Below are positions 27,973 to 37,961 of a DNA stretch of 64,000 nt, piece after piece. The stretch's first letter is position 1, and each line of letters starts with the position of its first letter. The notes below the pieces were generated by a model. The model made no database searches. It saw nothing but the letters and a program-made list of their open reading frames with translations, and had not been told where the DNA came from. The DNA lies in contig CAWJXB010000006.1 in assembly GCA_963846775.1 (NCBI GenBank), forward strand, positions 1,702,990 to 1,766,989, given 5' to 3'. Source of the DNA: an uncultured Verrucomicrobiae bacterium (GTDB lineage Bacteria; Verrucomicrobiota; Verrucomicrobiia; Chthoniobacterales; UBA10450). The position numbers and the translations under genes are program-made.

Positions 27973-28243
27973 TTTTTATTACGGCGCCCCTGTCTCTTCC
28001 CCTTAACGGCTGTAGTGTGCGCTTTCTTGAGCGCATAGCTCCAAGACGTGGAAGTGACAAATCCGCTGGGACGGCGGAACCTGCCGCCGCAGATATGCTT
28101 TCTGCGGTGGCTGCATTGTTGCTTATTAGCGCTAACACATACGTTGACCTTAATCACTCGTTCGATAACGATGATCACATACACGCTGCCCAGCGATTTT
28201 GGGTGAACCGCCCGTAGCTGTGCATTGTCAAACACCGCTCACC

Positions 28244-29404
28244 ATGATGAAAGTGCCGGAATCACCGAGGTTTTTGTGGGTTGGCGCGCCTGCGTTCGTA
28301 ATTATTTGTGCGGTGGTCTATTACTATTTGATCATGCCGGTCGCAGAAGTGGCGGTGGTGCGTCGCGGCACAGCCATCTCGGCGGTCTATGGCACGGTGC
28401 GGATTGAGCCGGCGTTTGTCGTGCATGTCCGCGCACAAAACGGCGGGTTCATCCAACTGGCCGAGCCCTTTACCGCAGGGCGCGGCGCGATCGGCAAACC
28501 GGTGGAGAAAAGTCAGTTGCTGGCGACCATTGCCGACGAAGAGACGGCGCGAGAATTAAAACAGGCGGAAGTCGATTTGCAGGCGGCACAGGAACGCGCC
28601 GCTTTGCCATTGCCCTCATCGGAATTACTCAAGGCGGCGCAGGATAATTTACAGCGACTCGAAAAAGTCGTGGCCTCGGGCAACGTCCCGACGGTTGAAT
28701 TCGAGCGGGCGAAATCGGAAGTGAATCGGCTGCGCGGAGCAGTCGAAGCCGAGCGGATCGAGCGCGACCGGAATCTTGGAGCGCTCGATCAAGCTCGAAA
28801 GAAACTCCAAGCGCAGATGCAAAGCTCCGAGATCCGTTCGCCAATGGATGGCCTGCTGACCAACGTGCTCACCATCGACGGCGAGCTGGTGAAAGATGGT
28901 AACGAGCTTTTTACCGTGTCATCGCGCAAAAATTATGTGCGCGGCGAAGTGAACGAAGAAGACGTGGGCGAGATCAAACCGGGAATGCCAGCGCGAATCC
29001 AGCTCTATGCCTACCGGACGCGATCGTTCGCGGCGCGCGTCACGTCGATTCAACCCGCGGCCGATCCGACGACGCAGCGTTATACTATCGTCCTCGACCT
29101 GGAGAATCCGCCCGACAATTTGATGGCCGGCATGACCGGCGAAATGAACATCATAACCGGGACCCACAAGGAGGTGTTACTCGTCCCGACGCGGGCGCTG
29201 ATGGTCGATCAAGCGCTCCTGATCAAAAATAATGTCGTTAGGCGAAGAACGATACAGGTTGGCTATCGGACGCTCGATTTCGCCGAAGCGATGAGCGGTC
29301 TGTCCGAAGGCGACCGCGTCATCGTGACCGACCAGGACAAATTCCGCCCCGGCCAGCCGGTCCGTCAGCGCAAGATCGACTTCCGCTCTGGGAAGAAACA
29401 GTGA
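28244..29404 (+). CDS. efflux transporter periplasmic adaptor (HlyD/MacA-like membrane fusion protein)
   Basis: N-terminal TM anchor, long coiled-coil, barrel-sandwich/beta-barrel C-terminus. Start at MMKVPESP. Confidence 0.75.
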   Translation: MMKVPESPRFLWVGAPAFVIICAVVYYYLIMPVAEVAVVRRGTAISAVYGTVRIEPAFVVHVRAQNGGFIQLAEPFTAGRGAIGKPVEKSQLLATIADEETARELKQAEVDLQAAQERAALPLPSSELLKAAQDNLQRLEKVVASGNVPTVEFERAKSEVNRLRGAVEAERIERDRNLGALDQARKKLQAQMQSSEIRSPMDGLLTNVLTIDGELVKDGNELFTVSSRKNYVRGEVNEEDVGEIKPGMPARIQLYAYRTRSFAARVTSIQPAADPTTQRYTIVLDLENPPDNLMAGMTGEMNIITGTHKEVLLVPTRALMVDQALLIKNNVVRRRTIQVGYRTLDFAEAMSGLSEGDRVIVTDQDKFRPGQPVRQRKIDFRSGKKQ

Positions 29405-29510
29405 GTCCAACAAAGAAAACTGACAGGGCGCGACCGCCAGGCGCGCCAAATCGTGGAACTTTCGGTGTGGACAGCCCGGCGGTCGGTCTCTACCACTTCG
29501 TGAAGATGCA

Positions 29511-30746
29511 ATGACGCCGCCGCTTTACATTGCGCTGCGGTTTTTGACTCACCGGAAACGCGCGCTGTTGCTGAGCCTGAGTGGTGTCGTTTTCGGCGTG
29601 GCGATTTTCATTTGCACGCAAGCTCAGACTCAAGGATTCGCCCAGTACTTCATCGACTCGACCATCGGCAGCAATGGCGCACTCGTGTTGAGATCGCGGT
29701 TTCAGCCGCGTTACGAGCAGCTAATGGTCCAAGCCAAAAATTCGAACGGGACGCCACGCCGTCTTTATTTCGAGGGGATTAGAAATCCTAACGAGATCAT
29801 GCGCGTGAGCCGGCGGTTCTCCAATGTGCTGGCATGTTCTCCAGTGTTGCGCGGAACGGTCAGCGCCCGCGCCGGATTTGAAAACGCGACGGTCGATCTT
29901 TTCGGGATCGATCCGGCGTTGCATGCGCAGACGACCGATCTTTTGCATCAACTGGTCGCGGGCAAGTTCGACGATTTCCGGAACAACACCAGCTCGGTGA
30001 TCCTCGGCACCAAGCTGGCGGAAACGCTCGACGCCGGAATCGGCGACACAGTGCAATTGCTTTCGCCGAGCGGAGAATACTGGCGTTTCACCGTGGCGGC
30101 GCTCGCTCGCGCCGGCGTGGGCACGATCGATGCAACGCGTGTCTATGCCCACGCGCGCGTCGCGCAGACGCTGCTGCAACGGCCGTTCGGCGCGTCGAGC
30201 ATTATTTACAAACTGCGCGATCCCGATCGCGCTCCGGCCCTGGCGAAGCAGTTTGAGAGTTTATTTCAACACGAAGCCTCAGGCTGGCAGGACCGCGAGG
30301 AATCCACCTTGCAGCTCTTTCTCACGCTCCGCGTTTCGGCCGGGGTCACAGTTTCGCTGATTATTTTGCTCGCCGGCTTTGGCATTTTCAACGTGCTGAC
30401 GATGTCTGTGCTCGCAAAAGTGAAAGAGATCGCGATTCTGCGGTCGATGGGCTATCGCAGGGTCGACATCTCAGCGATCTTTCTTTGGCAAGGCGCGCTC
30501 ATTGCCGCGGCGGGATCGCTGCTCGGCTGCGTGTTCGGCGCAATGATGACGTGGGGCATCTCGCACATCCCGATCCGAATCCGTGGACTGATCTACACCG
30601 ATTACTTTCTCGTGAGTTGGGATTGGCGGCATTACTTTGGGGCTACATTGCTCGCCATTATTGCCGTCTTTATCGCCAGCTACGTCCCAGCCCGGCGCGC
30701 CGCCGAACTGCCGCCGGTCGCAACCCTGCGCGGATCCAATGTATGA
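29511..30746 (+). CDS. ABC transporter permease, FtsX/MacB/LolE family
   Basis: 411 aa. TM1, ~230-aa periplasmic domain and 3 C-terminal TM helices. Confidence 0.8.
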   Translation: MTPPLYIALRFLTHRKRALLLSLSGVVFGVAIFICTQAQTQGFAQYFIDSTIGSNGALVLRSRFQPRYEQLMVQAKNSNGTPRRLYFEGIRNPNEIMRVSRRFSNVLACSPVLRGTVSARAGFENATVDLFGIDPALHAQTTDLLHQLVAGKFDDFRNNTSSVILGTKLAETLDAGIGDTVQLLSPSGEYWRFTVAALARAGVGTIDATRVYAHARVAQTLLQRPFGASSIIYKLRDPDRAPALAKQFESLFQHEASGWQDREESTLQLFLTLRVSAGVTVSLIILLAGFGIFNVLTMSVLAKVKEIAILRSMGYRRVDISAIFLWQGALIAAAGSLLGCVFGAMMTWGISHIPIRIRGLIYTDYFLVSWDWRHYFGATLLAIIAVFIASYVPARRAAELPPVATLRGSNV

Positions 30747-30781
30747 CCTTCCCCTTCAACGCTTTAACGAGTTAACGCATT

Positions 30782-31525
30782 ATGAACGGCCAAGCCTGTC
30801 TTAGCTGCCGCGACCTCGAGCGCTACCTTGGCGAAGAAGAGGAACGCGTCCATGCGCTCCGCGGCGTTTCGCTCGATTTGGAACCAGGAACAATCCACGC
30901 CGTGGTTGGTCCGTCCGGTTGCGGCAAGAGCACGCTACTTTACATTCTCGGCCTGCTCGATCATCCCGATTCTGGTGGCGTCTCGATCGGCGCCGCGTCT
31001 GTGTCGCATTTGAGTGACGACGAGCTGTCGCACAAGCGAAACGAACTCATCGGTTTCATTTTTCAGTTCCACTTTCTGATGGAGGATTTCACCGCCCAGG
31101 AAAACGTGATGATCCCGATGCGGAAGCTGGGCCGGTCGTCGGAGGAGCAAATGCGCCAGCGCGCGGCCGTTCTGCTGGAAGCGGTTGGCTTAGGCGAAAA
31201 AATCCGCCGACCGAGCCGGCATCTTTCCGGCGGCGAGCAACAGCGGGTCGCGATCGCGCGGGCGCTGGCAAACGATCCCAGTGTGATTCTGGCCGACGAA
31301 CCGACCGGCAATCTCGATACCGCAAATTCCGAGCGCGCCTTTGGGCTTCTGCAATCGATTGTGCAGCAAGGAAAGAAAGCGTTACTTCTCGCGACGCATA
31401 ACCCTGCCATTGCCGAGGCCTGTGATTGGATTCACGAAATGAAAGATGGCCGAATCCTCGCGAGTCATCCGCGCGGGCCGGCGCGCATTCTGCATCAGTC
31501 ATTACTCACGACCCACGATCTGTAG
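30782..31525 (+). CDS. ABC transporter ATP-binding protein (MacB/LolD-like)
   Basis: Walker [10 protein letters not shown], signature [15 protein letters not shown], Walker [12 protein letters not shown]. Confidence 0.9.
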   Translation: MNGQACLSCRDLERYLGEEEERVHALRGVSLDLEPGTIHAVVGPSGCGKSTLLYILGLLDHPDSGGVSIGAASVSHLSDDELSHKRNELIGFIFQFHFLMEDFTAQENVMIPMRKLGRSSEEQMRQRAAVLLEAVGLGEKIRRPSRHLSGGEQQRVAIARALANDPSVILADEPTGNLDTANSERAFGLLQSIVQQGKKALLLATHNPAIAEACDWIHEMKDGRILASHPRGPARILHQSLLTTHDL

Positions 31526-31539
31526 GAGAGCCTGGCCGC

Positions 31540-31595
31540 TTCGCGTCAATTTTAACGTTCAACCTGAACGCTCAACGTCCAATGCTCAAAAAAAG
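31540..31595. repeat. degenerate tandem repeat (CGYTCAA-N-AA, period ~13) in convergent intergenic region
   Basis: cgtcaattttaa cgttcaacctgaa cgctcaacgtccaa tgctcaaaaaaa. Confidence 0.4.
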
Positions 31596-31607
31596 CGCAC
31601 GTGCGGA

Positions 31608-32393
31608 CTATGCTGCGGGCGGTTCGCTCTTTCTTATTAATGGCGTAAAGATGTCGATGGGGATCGGCAGAAATGTCGTCGTGTTATGCTCGCTGGAAAT
31701 TTCGCGCATCGTCTGAAGGAAGCGCAATTGCAGCGCGATCGGTTCCTTGCTCATCATCGCCGCCGCCTGCACCATTTTCTCCGCCGCTTGAAATTCGCCT
31801 TCGGCGTTAACGATCTTGGCCCGGCGCTCCCGCTCGGCCTCGGCTTGTTTGGCCATGGCGCGCTTCATCGTATCGGGTAGCGCAACGTCTTTTACTTCGA
31901 CAGCGGTAACTTTGATGCCCCAGGGATCGGTTTGCCGATCAATGATCTCCTGCAACGTCATGTTGATCTTCTCGCGGTGGGCCAGCAGCTCATCCAGCTC
32001 GGCCTGACCCAGCACGCTCCGCAAGGTCGTCTGGGCGATCAGCGAGCTGGCTTTCAGAAAATTTTCCACTTTCACCACAGCCGCTTCCGGATCGACCACA
32101 CGAAAGTAGAGAACCGCATCCACGCTCACCGGCACGTTATCGCGGGTCATGACTTCCTGCCGAGGCACGTCGATGGTGACCACGCGCAGATCCATGCGCA
32201 CCATACGATCGACAATCGGGATAAGGAAAATCAAGCCCGGTCCTTTTGCGCCTAACAACTTTCCAAGCCGAAAAATCACGCCCCTCTCGTATTCGCGCAG
32301 AATTCGGATGGCTTGCGGCAAAATAATGATGGCAAGAATAACGAGCGGCACAGCCCAACTGATGATCCGCGGCAAAGCTTCGATCGGTGACAT
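31608..32393 (-). CDS. SPFH/band-7 (stomatin-like) family protein
   Basis: N-terminal TM anchor, SPFH core (REYERGVIFRLGK...), coiled-coil C-terminus, 261 aa. Confidence 0.85.
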   Translation of the reverse strand: MSPIEALPRIISWAVPLVILAIIILPQAIRILREYERGVIFRLGKLLGAKGPGLIFLIPIVDRMVRMDLRVVTIDVPRQEVMTRDNVPVSVDAVLYFRVVDPEAAVVKVENFLKASSLIAQTTLRSVLGQAELDELLAHREKINMTLQEIIDRQTDPWGIKVTAVEVKDVALPDTMKRAMAKQAEAERERRAKIVNAEGEFQAAEKMVQAAAMMSKEPIALQLRFLQTMREISSEHNTTTFLPIPIDIFTPLIRKSEPPAA

Positions 32394-32516
32394 GGCTTAT
32401 CCTCCTGTAGTTGAGGAAAGTCAGACACGAATTGCACAAATTGTCACGAATCTTCGGCGGGTGACCCGCTGGAACCAGTCGTCCGGATTCGTGAAATCCG
32501 TGGCACGCCGAGCGAC

Positions 32517-32996
32517 TCAGCGAGCATCGTAAACAAACGGTACTCGGACTTTAGCCGCTACCGGTTTTCCGTTTTTCTTGGCCGGCTCGAATTTCCAATA
32601 CTGAACGGCTCGGATCGCATGGGTGGCAAAGAAGTGGTAAGTCGCGCCGATTATGACGAAGTCTCTCGTATTTCCCTTCTCGTCGATCGTGAAGCCGATC
32701 ACGGCGGCGCCGGGGTTACCCTTTCTTAATTGCGCAATCGGATAGGCCGGGGCTTCTCCGCTGATAAATCGCGGCGGTATGTCAAACTGGTGCGATGTCG
32801 CGCCCATGTATTGCATTCGCGCCGCTGGGATGGCGTGACCCTCCCTGGTTGGCGGTCGGTGTTCCGACAAATAGTCGGCGACCATCTTTCTGAGTTCCTC
32901 ACGTGGAATCGTAGGATCGGCCTGCGACTTAGGCTCAGCCACCGCGGTGGCGCCCACTGCCAGTCCAATAATCATACATACACAAGAGATCTTCAC
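32517..32996 (-). CDS. secreted TonB C-terminal-domain protein
   Basis: GTG start gives the signal peptide MKISCVCMIIGLAVGATAVA. The C-terminal ~90 aa resemble the TonB_C fold and are paralogous to the C-terminal module of the adjacent rmlA ORF. Confidence 0.5.
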   Translation of the reverse strand: MKISCVCMIIGLAVGATAVAEPKSQADPTIPREELRKMVADYLSEHRPPTREGHAIPAARMQYMGATSHQFDIPPRFISGEAPAYPIAQLRKGNPGAAVIGFTIDEKGNTRDFVIIGATYHFFATHAIRAVQYWKFEPAKKNGKPVAAKVRVPFVYDAR

Positions 32997-33203
32997 GAGA
33001 TGTGAGTTTAGACTATGGAATTCGCACATGAAGCTGTCAGGGGTCAATTTGGACGCGGCATGGTTTGATCTTCCGTTGACTCCAATTTCGCCGGCTGCCG
33101 GCAGTTTGAGAAGGAGAACAGTCACCGCGGCTGCGGACACCAGCGGTGGGGACAGGGGTGTGTTCGCCTTTGGGCAGCTATCGATGACGCCCATCGATCT
33201 AGC

Positions 33204-34478
33204 TTACTTATCTACCCAGATTGGATACTCGACGACGACGGCGGAATTACCTGAAAGGAAGAATTTGATGGGAACCCAGACTTTGCTGACAGTGTGCGGC
33301 TTGAATCTCCATTGTAGGAGCGCCTGGACCGCAGCCTGATCGAGTATTTTGCTGCGTGTGCTGACTCCCATCTCTGCCTTGACAACATGGCCAGTTGCGG
33401 CGTCGATCGTTAGCATGGCAATCCCCGCTCCTGATTGACCTTTTTCGCGCGCGGCGCTCGGATATGCCGGATCTCGCACATAAAGCGCCAACTCGTCGGA
33501 TTCCTGCTTAGTGAGCTCAACAGGTTTAGCCCGTATGGGTTCCGCTGCGACGCAGAATGCAGTGAGGAACAGAGACAATTTAGACAAACGAGCATTCATG
33601 CCGTTTTCGGCCCTTCGGGTACTAACCATTTCAAGGTAACTGCGGTATTCGCCTTTCGGCAAGCGTCCGATGGCAGCGGATAGCTGGGCTTGATCGATGA
33701 AGCCCATGCGGAACGCGACTTCTTCCAGGCAGGCAATCTTCAGGCCTTGTCGATGTTCGATTGTAGCGATGTAATTGCCGGCTTCGAGCAAGCTCGTTTG
33801 CGTCCCGGTGTCGAGCCAGGCCATGCCACGGCCTAACAATTTTACATTGAGCTCACCGCGTTGGAGGTAAAGCAGATTCAGATCGGTGATCTCTAGTTCG
33901 CCGCGCGCTGACGCCCGTAGCGAACGCGCAAGATCGACCACGCGTTCGTCGTAAACATAGAGGCCGGGCACGGCGAAATGGCTCTTCGGCTGTTTCGGTT
34001 TTTCCTCGAGACTGATCGCTTTGCCGGCGGCGTCGAACTCGACTACGCCGTATCGCTCGGGATCACGCACTTGATAGCCGAAAATGCAGGCGCCGCGCTG
34101 GATGGCGAGCGCTTCGCGGAAAAAATCGAGTTTGCCATAGAAGATGTTGTCGCCCAGGATGAGCGCCGCACCGCAATCGCCGAGGAACTTTGCGCCGATC
34201 AGAAACGCCTGCGCGATCCCCTCCGGCTTCGGTTGCTCGGCGTAATCGAGACGGATGCCGAATTGCGAGCCGTTGCCAAGAAAATCGCGGAGCACAGGCA
34301 GATCTTTCGGCGTGGAAATGATCAAGATCTCGCGCAACCCGCAAAGCATGAGCGTGGCTAACGGATAACAAATCATCGGCTTGTCATAGACCGGCAAGAG
34401 CTGTTTGCAGACGATCTTGGTGATTGGGTAAAGACGCGTCCCCGCGCCGCCGGCAAGCAAGATGGCCTTCTTATTCAC
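33204..34478 (-). CDS. rfbA: glucose-1-phosphate thymidylyltransferase RmlA, read through in frame into a C-terminal signal-peptide + TonB-C-like module
   Basis: The first ~290 aa are canonical RmlA (MNKKAILLAGGAGTRLYPITK..., GRGMAWLDTGT). There is no stop where RmlA normally ends. The frame continues into MNARLSKLSLFLTAFCVAAEP..., a 131-aa signal-peptide + TonB_C-like unit. Confidence 0.8.
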   Translation of the reverse strand: MNKKAILLAGGAGTRLYPITKIVCKQLLPVYDKPMICYPLATLMLCGLREILIISTPKDLPVLRDFLGNGSQFGIRLDYAEQPKPEGIAQAFLIGAKFLGDCGAALILGDNIFYGKLDFFREALAIQRGACIFGYQVRDPERYGVVEFDAAGKAISLEEKPKQPKSHFAVPGLYVYDERVVDLARSLRASARGELEITDLNLLYLQRGELNVKLLGRGMAWLDTGTQTSLLEAGNYIATIEHRQGLKIACLEEVAFRMGFIDQAQLSAAIGRLPKGEYRSYLEMVSTRRAENGMNARLSKLSLFLTAFCVAAEPIRAKPVELTKQESDELALYVRDPAYPSAAREKGQSGAGIAMLTIDAATGHVVKAEMGVSTRSKILDQAAVQALLQWRFKPHTVSKVWVPIKFFLSGNSAVVVEYPIWVDK

Positions 34479-35599
34479 GGCTGAGGCCTCCCGGTTTCTC
34501 TGGCCGATTTAATTCCGATCTTTCGACCGAGCCGCAACCACCGCGATTCGCGCCACAGTCTTCGCACGGCCGACAACTCTGCTTTTGCCTCATTGAGCTC
34601 GCCTCGCAGCCGCAAATACTTTTGCTCGAGTCCAGCGCCGAACTGCGTCCCACTGACATGAAGATCCACCAAAAACCGGTTTGGAAATTCGCTCGCTTCG
34701 CTAAATTTCATCATTGTCTTGATGTGTGCCTGCACCTGGTCGCGAGGGCATTTGCTGAGCACGTGAGCAATGAGTGAGATGAAGAGATCAGCGCGAAAGC
34801 TTGATATGTTGCTCCAAGCCGCGCGCTGGTAAGCAGCAAGGGCCCGCCGCAAATCGAGTGAATCGGCAAGCTCCGGCGCGAGCGCAACCAGAAGATCCAC
34901 ATTCATCTCCATCAGTTCGCGCACAAGTGCTTCTGGCGGGGCCGAAATTGTGTTCGCCGAATGCACGCGATACGACAATAGCTCCTCATCGAGCACCGCG
35001 AGGCGGTCGTGCAACGCGCAATCGAGCAGAAAAAAGTAATCGTGAGCGTAGCGATATGATCGAAACGGGTGCTCGAGAAAGTATGTTCTACGTCCGGTAA
35101 GATTGCTGGTCGAAGCCAAAAAATTGGCCACGCCGAGCTGCTCGACGAGATCAAGTGATGAGCCGTGAATCGACCACGCGGCGGCGAACCACTTGGCCGA
35201 CGGATCAGAGGCGGCCAACTCGCGCCCGGCGCTATCGATCAGCTTTAGCCTGGTCGTGACTACATCGATCGCAGGCATCTCGTTCAGAAACGCCACACAT
35301 TTGGAAATACGCTCGCGGGCAAAGACATCGTCGGAGTTGAGGATGGCAACATAATCGCATCCGGCAGCCATCTCGATCCCGCGGTTGATCGCGGCGTGGG
35401 CACCCGCGTTCGGCTGCGTGTGCAATTCAATCCGCGGTTCCGCGAACGCGCGCACGATTTCGACTGAATCGTCAGTCGAGCCGTCATCGACGATTACAAT
35501 CTTATCGACGGTCTGCATCTGGGCGAGGACCGATCGGATCGCATCACCAATGTAGGCAGCGTGATTGTAGAGTGGAATGACGACAGCAATTTGTTTCAT
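34475..35599 (-). CDS. glycosyltransferase family 2
   Basis: GT-A fold motifs (VVIPLYNHAAYIGDAIRSVLAQ, DDGSTDDS, DxD). Start at the internal ATG (MKQIAVVIP). Confidence 0.8.
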   Translation of the reverse strand: MKQIAVVIPLYNHAAYIGDAIRSVLAQMQTVDKIVIVDDGSTDDSVEIVRAFAEPRIELHTQPNAGAHAAINRGIEMAAGCDYVAILNSDDVFARERISKCVAFLNEMPAIDVVTTRLKLIDSAGRELAASDPSAKWFAAAWSIHGSSLDLVEQLGVANFLASTSNLTGRRTYFLEHPFRSYRYAHDYFFLLDCALHDRLAVLDEELLSYRVHSANTISAPPEALVRELMEMNVDLLVALAPELADSLDLRRALAAYQRAAWSNISSFRADLFISLIAHVLSKCPRDQVQAHIKTMMKFSEASEFPNRFLVDLHVSGTQFGAGLEQKYLRLRGELNEAKAELSAVRRLWRESRWLRLGRKIGIKSARETGRPQP

Positions 35600-35719
35600 C
35601 GGCTCCACGTCTCGAGCTGATTGCGCCATTGTTGAAGAAACTCCTCCCGGATGTGTCCCTCTCTTGGACCAAATGGCCCGCGCCAGCGCGGCGGCTTCGG
35701 CTCTACAATGAAGCGACCG

Positions 35720-37468
35720 TCAAAATGGGCGCGGATTTTCGGGTCCGCAACACGACCGCCAGGTACAGATCGGTAGCAGGCGTTGCAGCACGTTTGACGG
35801 AAACGCCGGAGGGGACTCAATCGTCGCGCTGATCGTGACTTTTGCGAGACGCTGCAAGATCCATGCACAGAGCAAAGCGCGTGAATCTGTCGCGTGCACG
35901 TGGCGGATGCCCGCGCGCACAAGTTTCGGGCCAAGATAAAGGGCGACGCGGGCCGCTTCGAGATAATCGGCGGTCGGGCACACGCTCGGAAGCTCACGCC
36001 GCCAGCTCTCCACTTCATGCGCGCGCGCGCGATCCGCAAGCCATTCCGCTTCGATCACGAGCGCATCCGGCAAAAATTCCAGAGCGCGTACGAGATGCGC
36101 AGATCCCTTGGCTGGCGAAATTGAGCCTGAGCGCCAGACGTAAATCGGCGCACCCGCCAGAGTCATGAGCTCGCGATCCAACCCCGGCAATTTCCGATTA
36201 GGCCATTCCCAGACGAGATGGGCGCAGTGCTGCAACTGCGGCCTTGGAGGTTGAAAGGCAGCTGGCGGGACCGCGGCAGCTTCAAAAAGCTTCAAGAGCT
36301 GGGCGGCGGTTTTATCGACATCGAATGTTTCTTCGACCGTGCGCCTGCCTGCCGCGCCCAGTCTGGCCCGGAGTTGCCGATCGCCTAACAGCGATTCGAG
36401 CGCATTGGCGAGCCCCTCAACATCTCCCGGGGTAACGAGCAGGCCGTTCTCCCCATCCCGGACCATTTCCGGAACGCCTGCCAGTCGCGCCGAGACAACC
36501 GGCCGCGCGGTAGCCATGGCTTCAAGAATCACGGTCGGTAAAATGTCATTTGCGCCTTCGCGACTGACAGTACAGGCAAGAGCAAAAACATCTGAATCGA
36601 TCAGGCGATCCACCACTTCTTCCTGCGGTAGCGATCCTAGCAGCCGAACGAAACCGTCCAGGCCCGCCTCAGTAATTGCGCTTTGCAGCGCGTCCCGCAA
36701 CGGCCCCTCGCCGATGATTTCGCATTCAAATTCGAGGCCACGCTTTTTCAGGTCGGCGCAAGCGGAAATCAGGTGGCGAAAGCCTTTAAACTCGACCAAG
36801 CGGCCAATACTCAAGATGCGCGGCCGCAAATCAGGCAATCTCGGCGGAGCGGGTTTGAACTTTCGCAAATCGATGCCGTTATACACGCAGTGAATCTTTC
36901 CGGCCGCGTCCGGACATTTCTGGAGGATTAACTTGCGACTGTAGTCGCTCACGGCAATAACGAACGCAGCTTCGCGGCACATTTCACGCAGCAGCTCGTC
37001 GCTACCGACATCGAGCATGAAGTCCTGCGCGTGCGCGGTGAAGCTGAACCCGATCTTGCTGATCGCTTTGACGAACAGGGCGGTGTGGGTGGCATGGCTG
37101 GCGAAATGAACGTGAAAATGCGCGATGCCACTGCGAACGAAATGTTCGGAAAAAAAAAGCGCATTAAGCGCGCGTTGCTCGGCTTTGAAGCTCGGGCCAT
37201 ATCGTGCCTCGTGTTCCGCGACAAGAGCGGCAGGCCAGATGCCATCGCGGCGTGCCAGCTGTCCCATTAGCCGCACCACTTCCGGAGGCGGCGCGTAGCG
37301 AATTTCCGCGCGCAAATTCGCCCTGTGTCCATGACGAAGACTCGTGAACGGCGGATGGAACGAGCCAATTTCGAGCTCCACGCCTTGCCGCTCTAGGGCG
37401 AGCATTTCAGTATCGCAGAACGTCTGCGAAATCACTGGATATCGCGAGTAGAGGTATCCAAGGCGCAT
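35720..37468 (-). CDS. glycosyltransferase family 4 (GT-B) with ~180-aa C-terminal extension
   Basis: GT4 donor-binding region (EGFGLP-like: EAMATARPVVSARLAGVPEMV), 582 aa. Confidence 0.75.
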   Translation of the reverse strand: MRLGYLYSRYPVISQTFCDTEMLALERQGVELEIGSFHPPFTSLRHGHRANLRAEIRYAPPPEVVRLMGQLARRDGIWPAALVAEHEARYGPSFKAEQRALNALFFSEHFVRSGIAHFHVHFASHATHTALFVKAISKIGFSFTAHAQDFMLDVGSDELLREMCREAAFVIAVSDYSRKLILQKCPDAAGKIHCVYNGIDLRKFKPAPPRLPDLRPRILSIGRLVEFKGFRHLISACADLKKRGLEFECEIIGEGPLRDALQSAITEAGLDGFVRLLGSLPQEEVVDRLIDSDVFALACTVSREGANDILPTVILEAMATARPVVSARLAGVPEMVRDGENGLLVTPGDVEGLANALESLLGDRQLRARLGAAGRRTVEETFDVDKTAAQLLKLFEAAAVPPAAFQPPRPQLQHCAHLVWEWPNRKLPGLDRELMTLAGAPIYVWRSGSISPAKGSAHLVRALEFLPDALVIEAEWLADRARAHEVESWRRELPSVCPTADYLEAARVALYLGPKLVRAGIRHVHATDSRALLCAWILQRLAKVTISATIESPPAFPSNVLQRLLPICTWRSCCGPENPRPF

Positions 37469-37516
37469 CGAGATCGACCATTACGCGCGGTGGACAGAAT
37501 AGCAATGCACTCGGCC

Positions 37517-37834
37517 TCAGGAAAACCGGACATCTTTGCCCGGATCCATCTCGAAATCGAGCGTTAATGAATCCGCCGTGTTGGGCTTGATGGTTTCCTC
37601 CATGAATTTCACGAAAATTGGGTCCTCGCGGAAGATGGCGTATTTGTCCATCGATTCGAAGTCGATGGCGATGAAAAACGGCCAGGGCAATTCCGGATCG
37701 ACCCGTTTGCCGCACTTGATGCTGAGCACCTCGGGGATTTTCAGAAGCTGCATGCGCGCGTTCATCATCATCTCTTCGACACGCGCGGGAGTGACCTCCG
37801 GTTTGAGCTTGTAGAGGACGACGTGATGAATCAT
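37517..37834 (-). CDS. Dabb-family stress-responsive alpha/beta-barrel protein
   Basis: 105 aa, MIHHVVLYKLKPE... typical Dabb fold signature. Confidence 0.65.
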   Translation of the reverse strand: MIHHVVLYKLKPEVTPARVEEMMMNARMQLLKIPEVLSIKCGKRVDPELPWPFFIAIDFESMDKYAIFREDPIFVKFMEETIKPNTADSLTLDFEMDPGKDVRFS

Positions 37835-37961
37835 GAAAGCTAAAGCTATTAGGCGGTTCAGGTGGAACGCGCAAGCAGGAATCAGAAGCTTGGGCAGTTC
37901 TCCATTATTGGATCGCCTTTTGTTCAGCGGGAAATTAAGTCTGAGTCGCCCCTAGCCGAAA

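Noticed and set aside
31526-31607. Rho-independent terminator between the ABC ATPase and SPFH genes (cgcacgtgcg + A7)
   Set aside because: cgcacgtgcg is a loop-less perfect palindrome rather than a stem-loop, and the A/T run is on the wrong side for either convergent gene.
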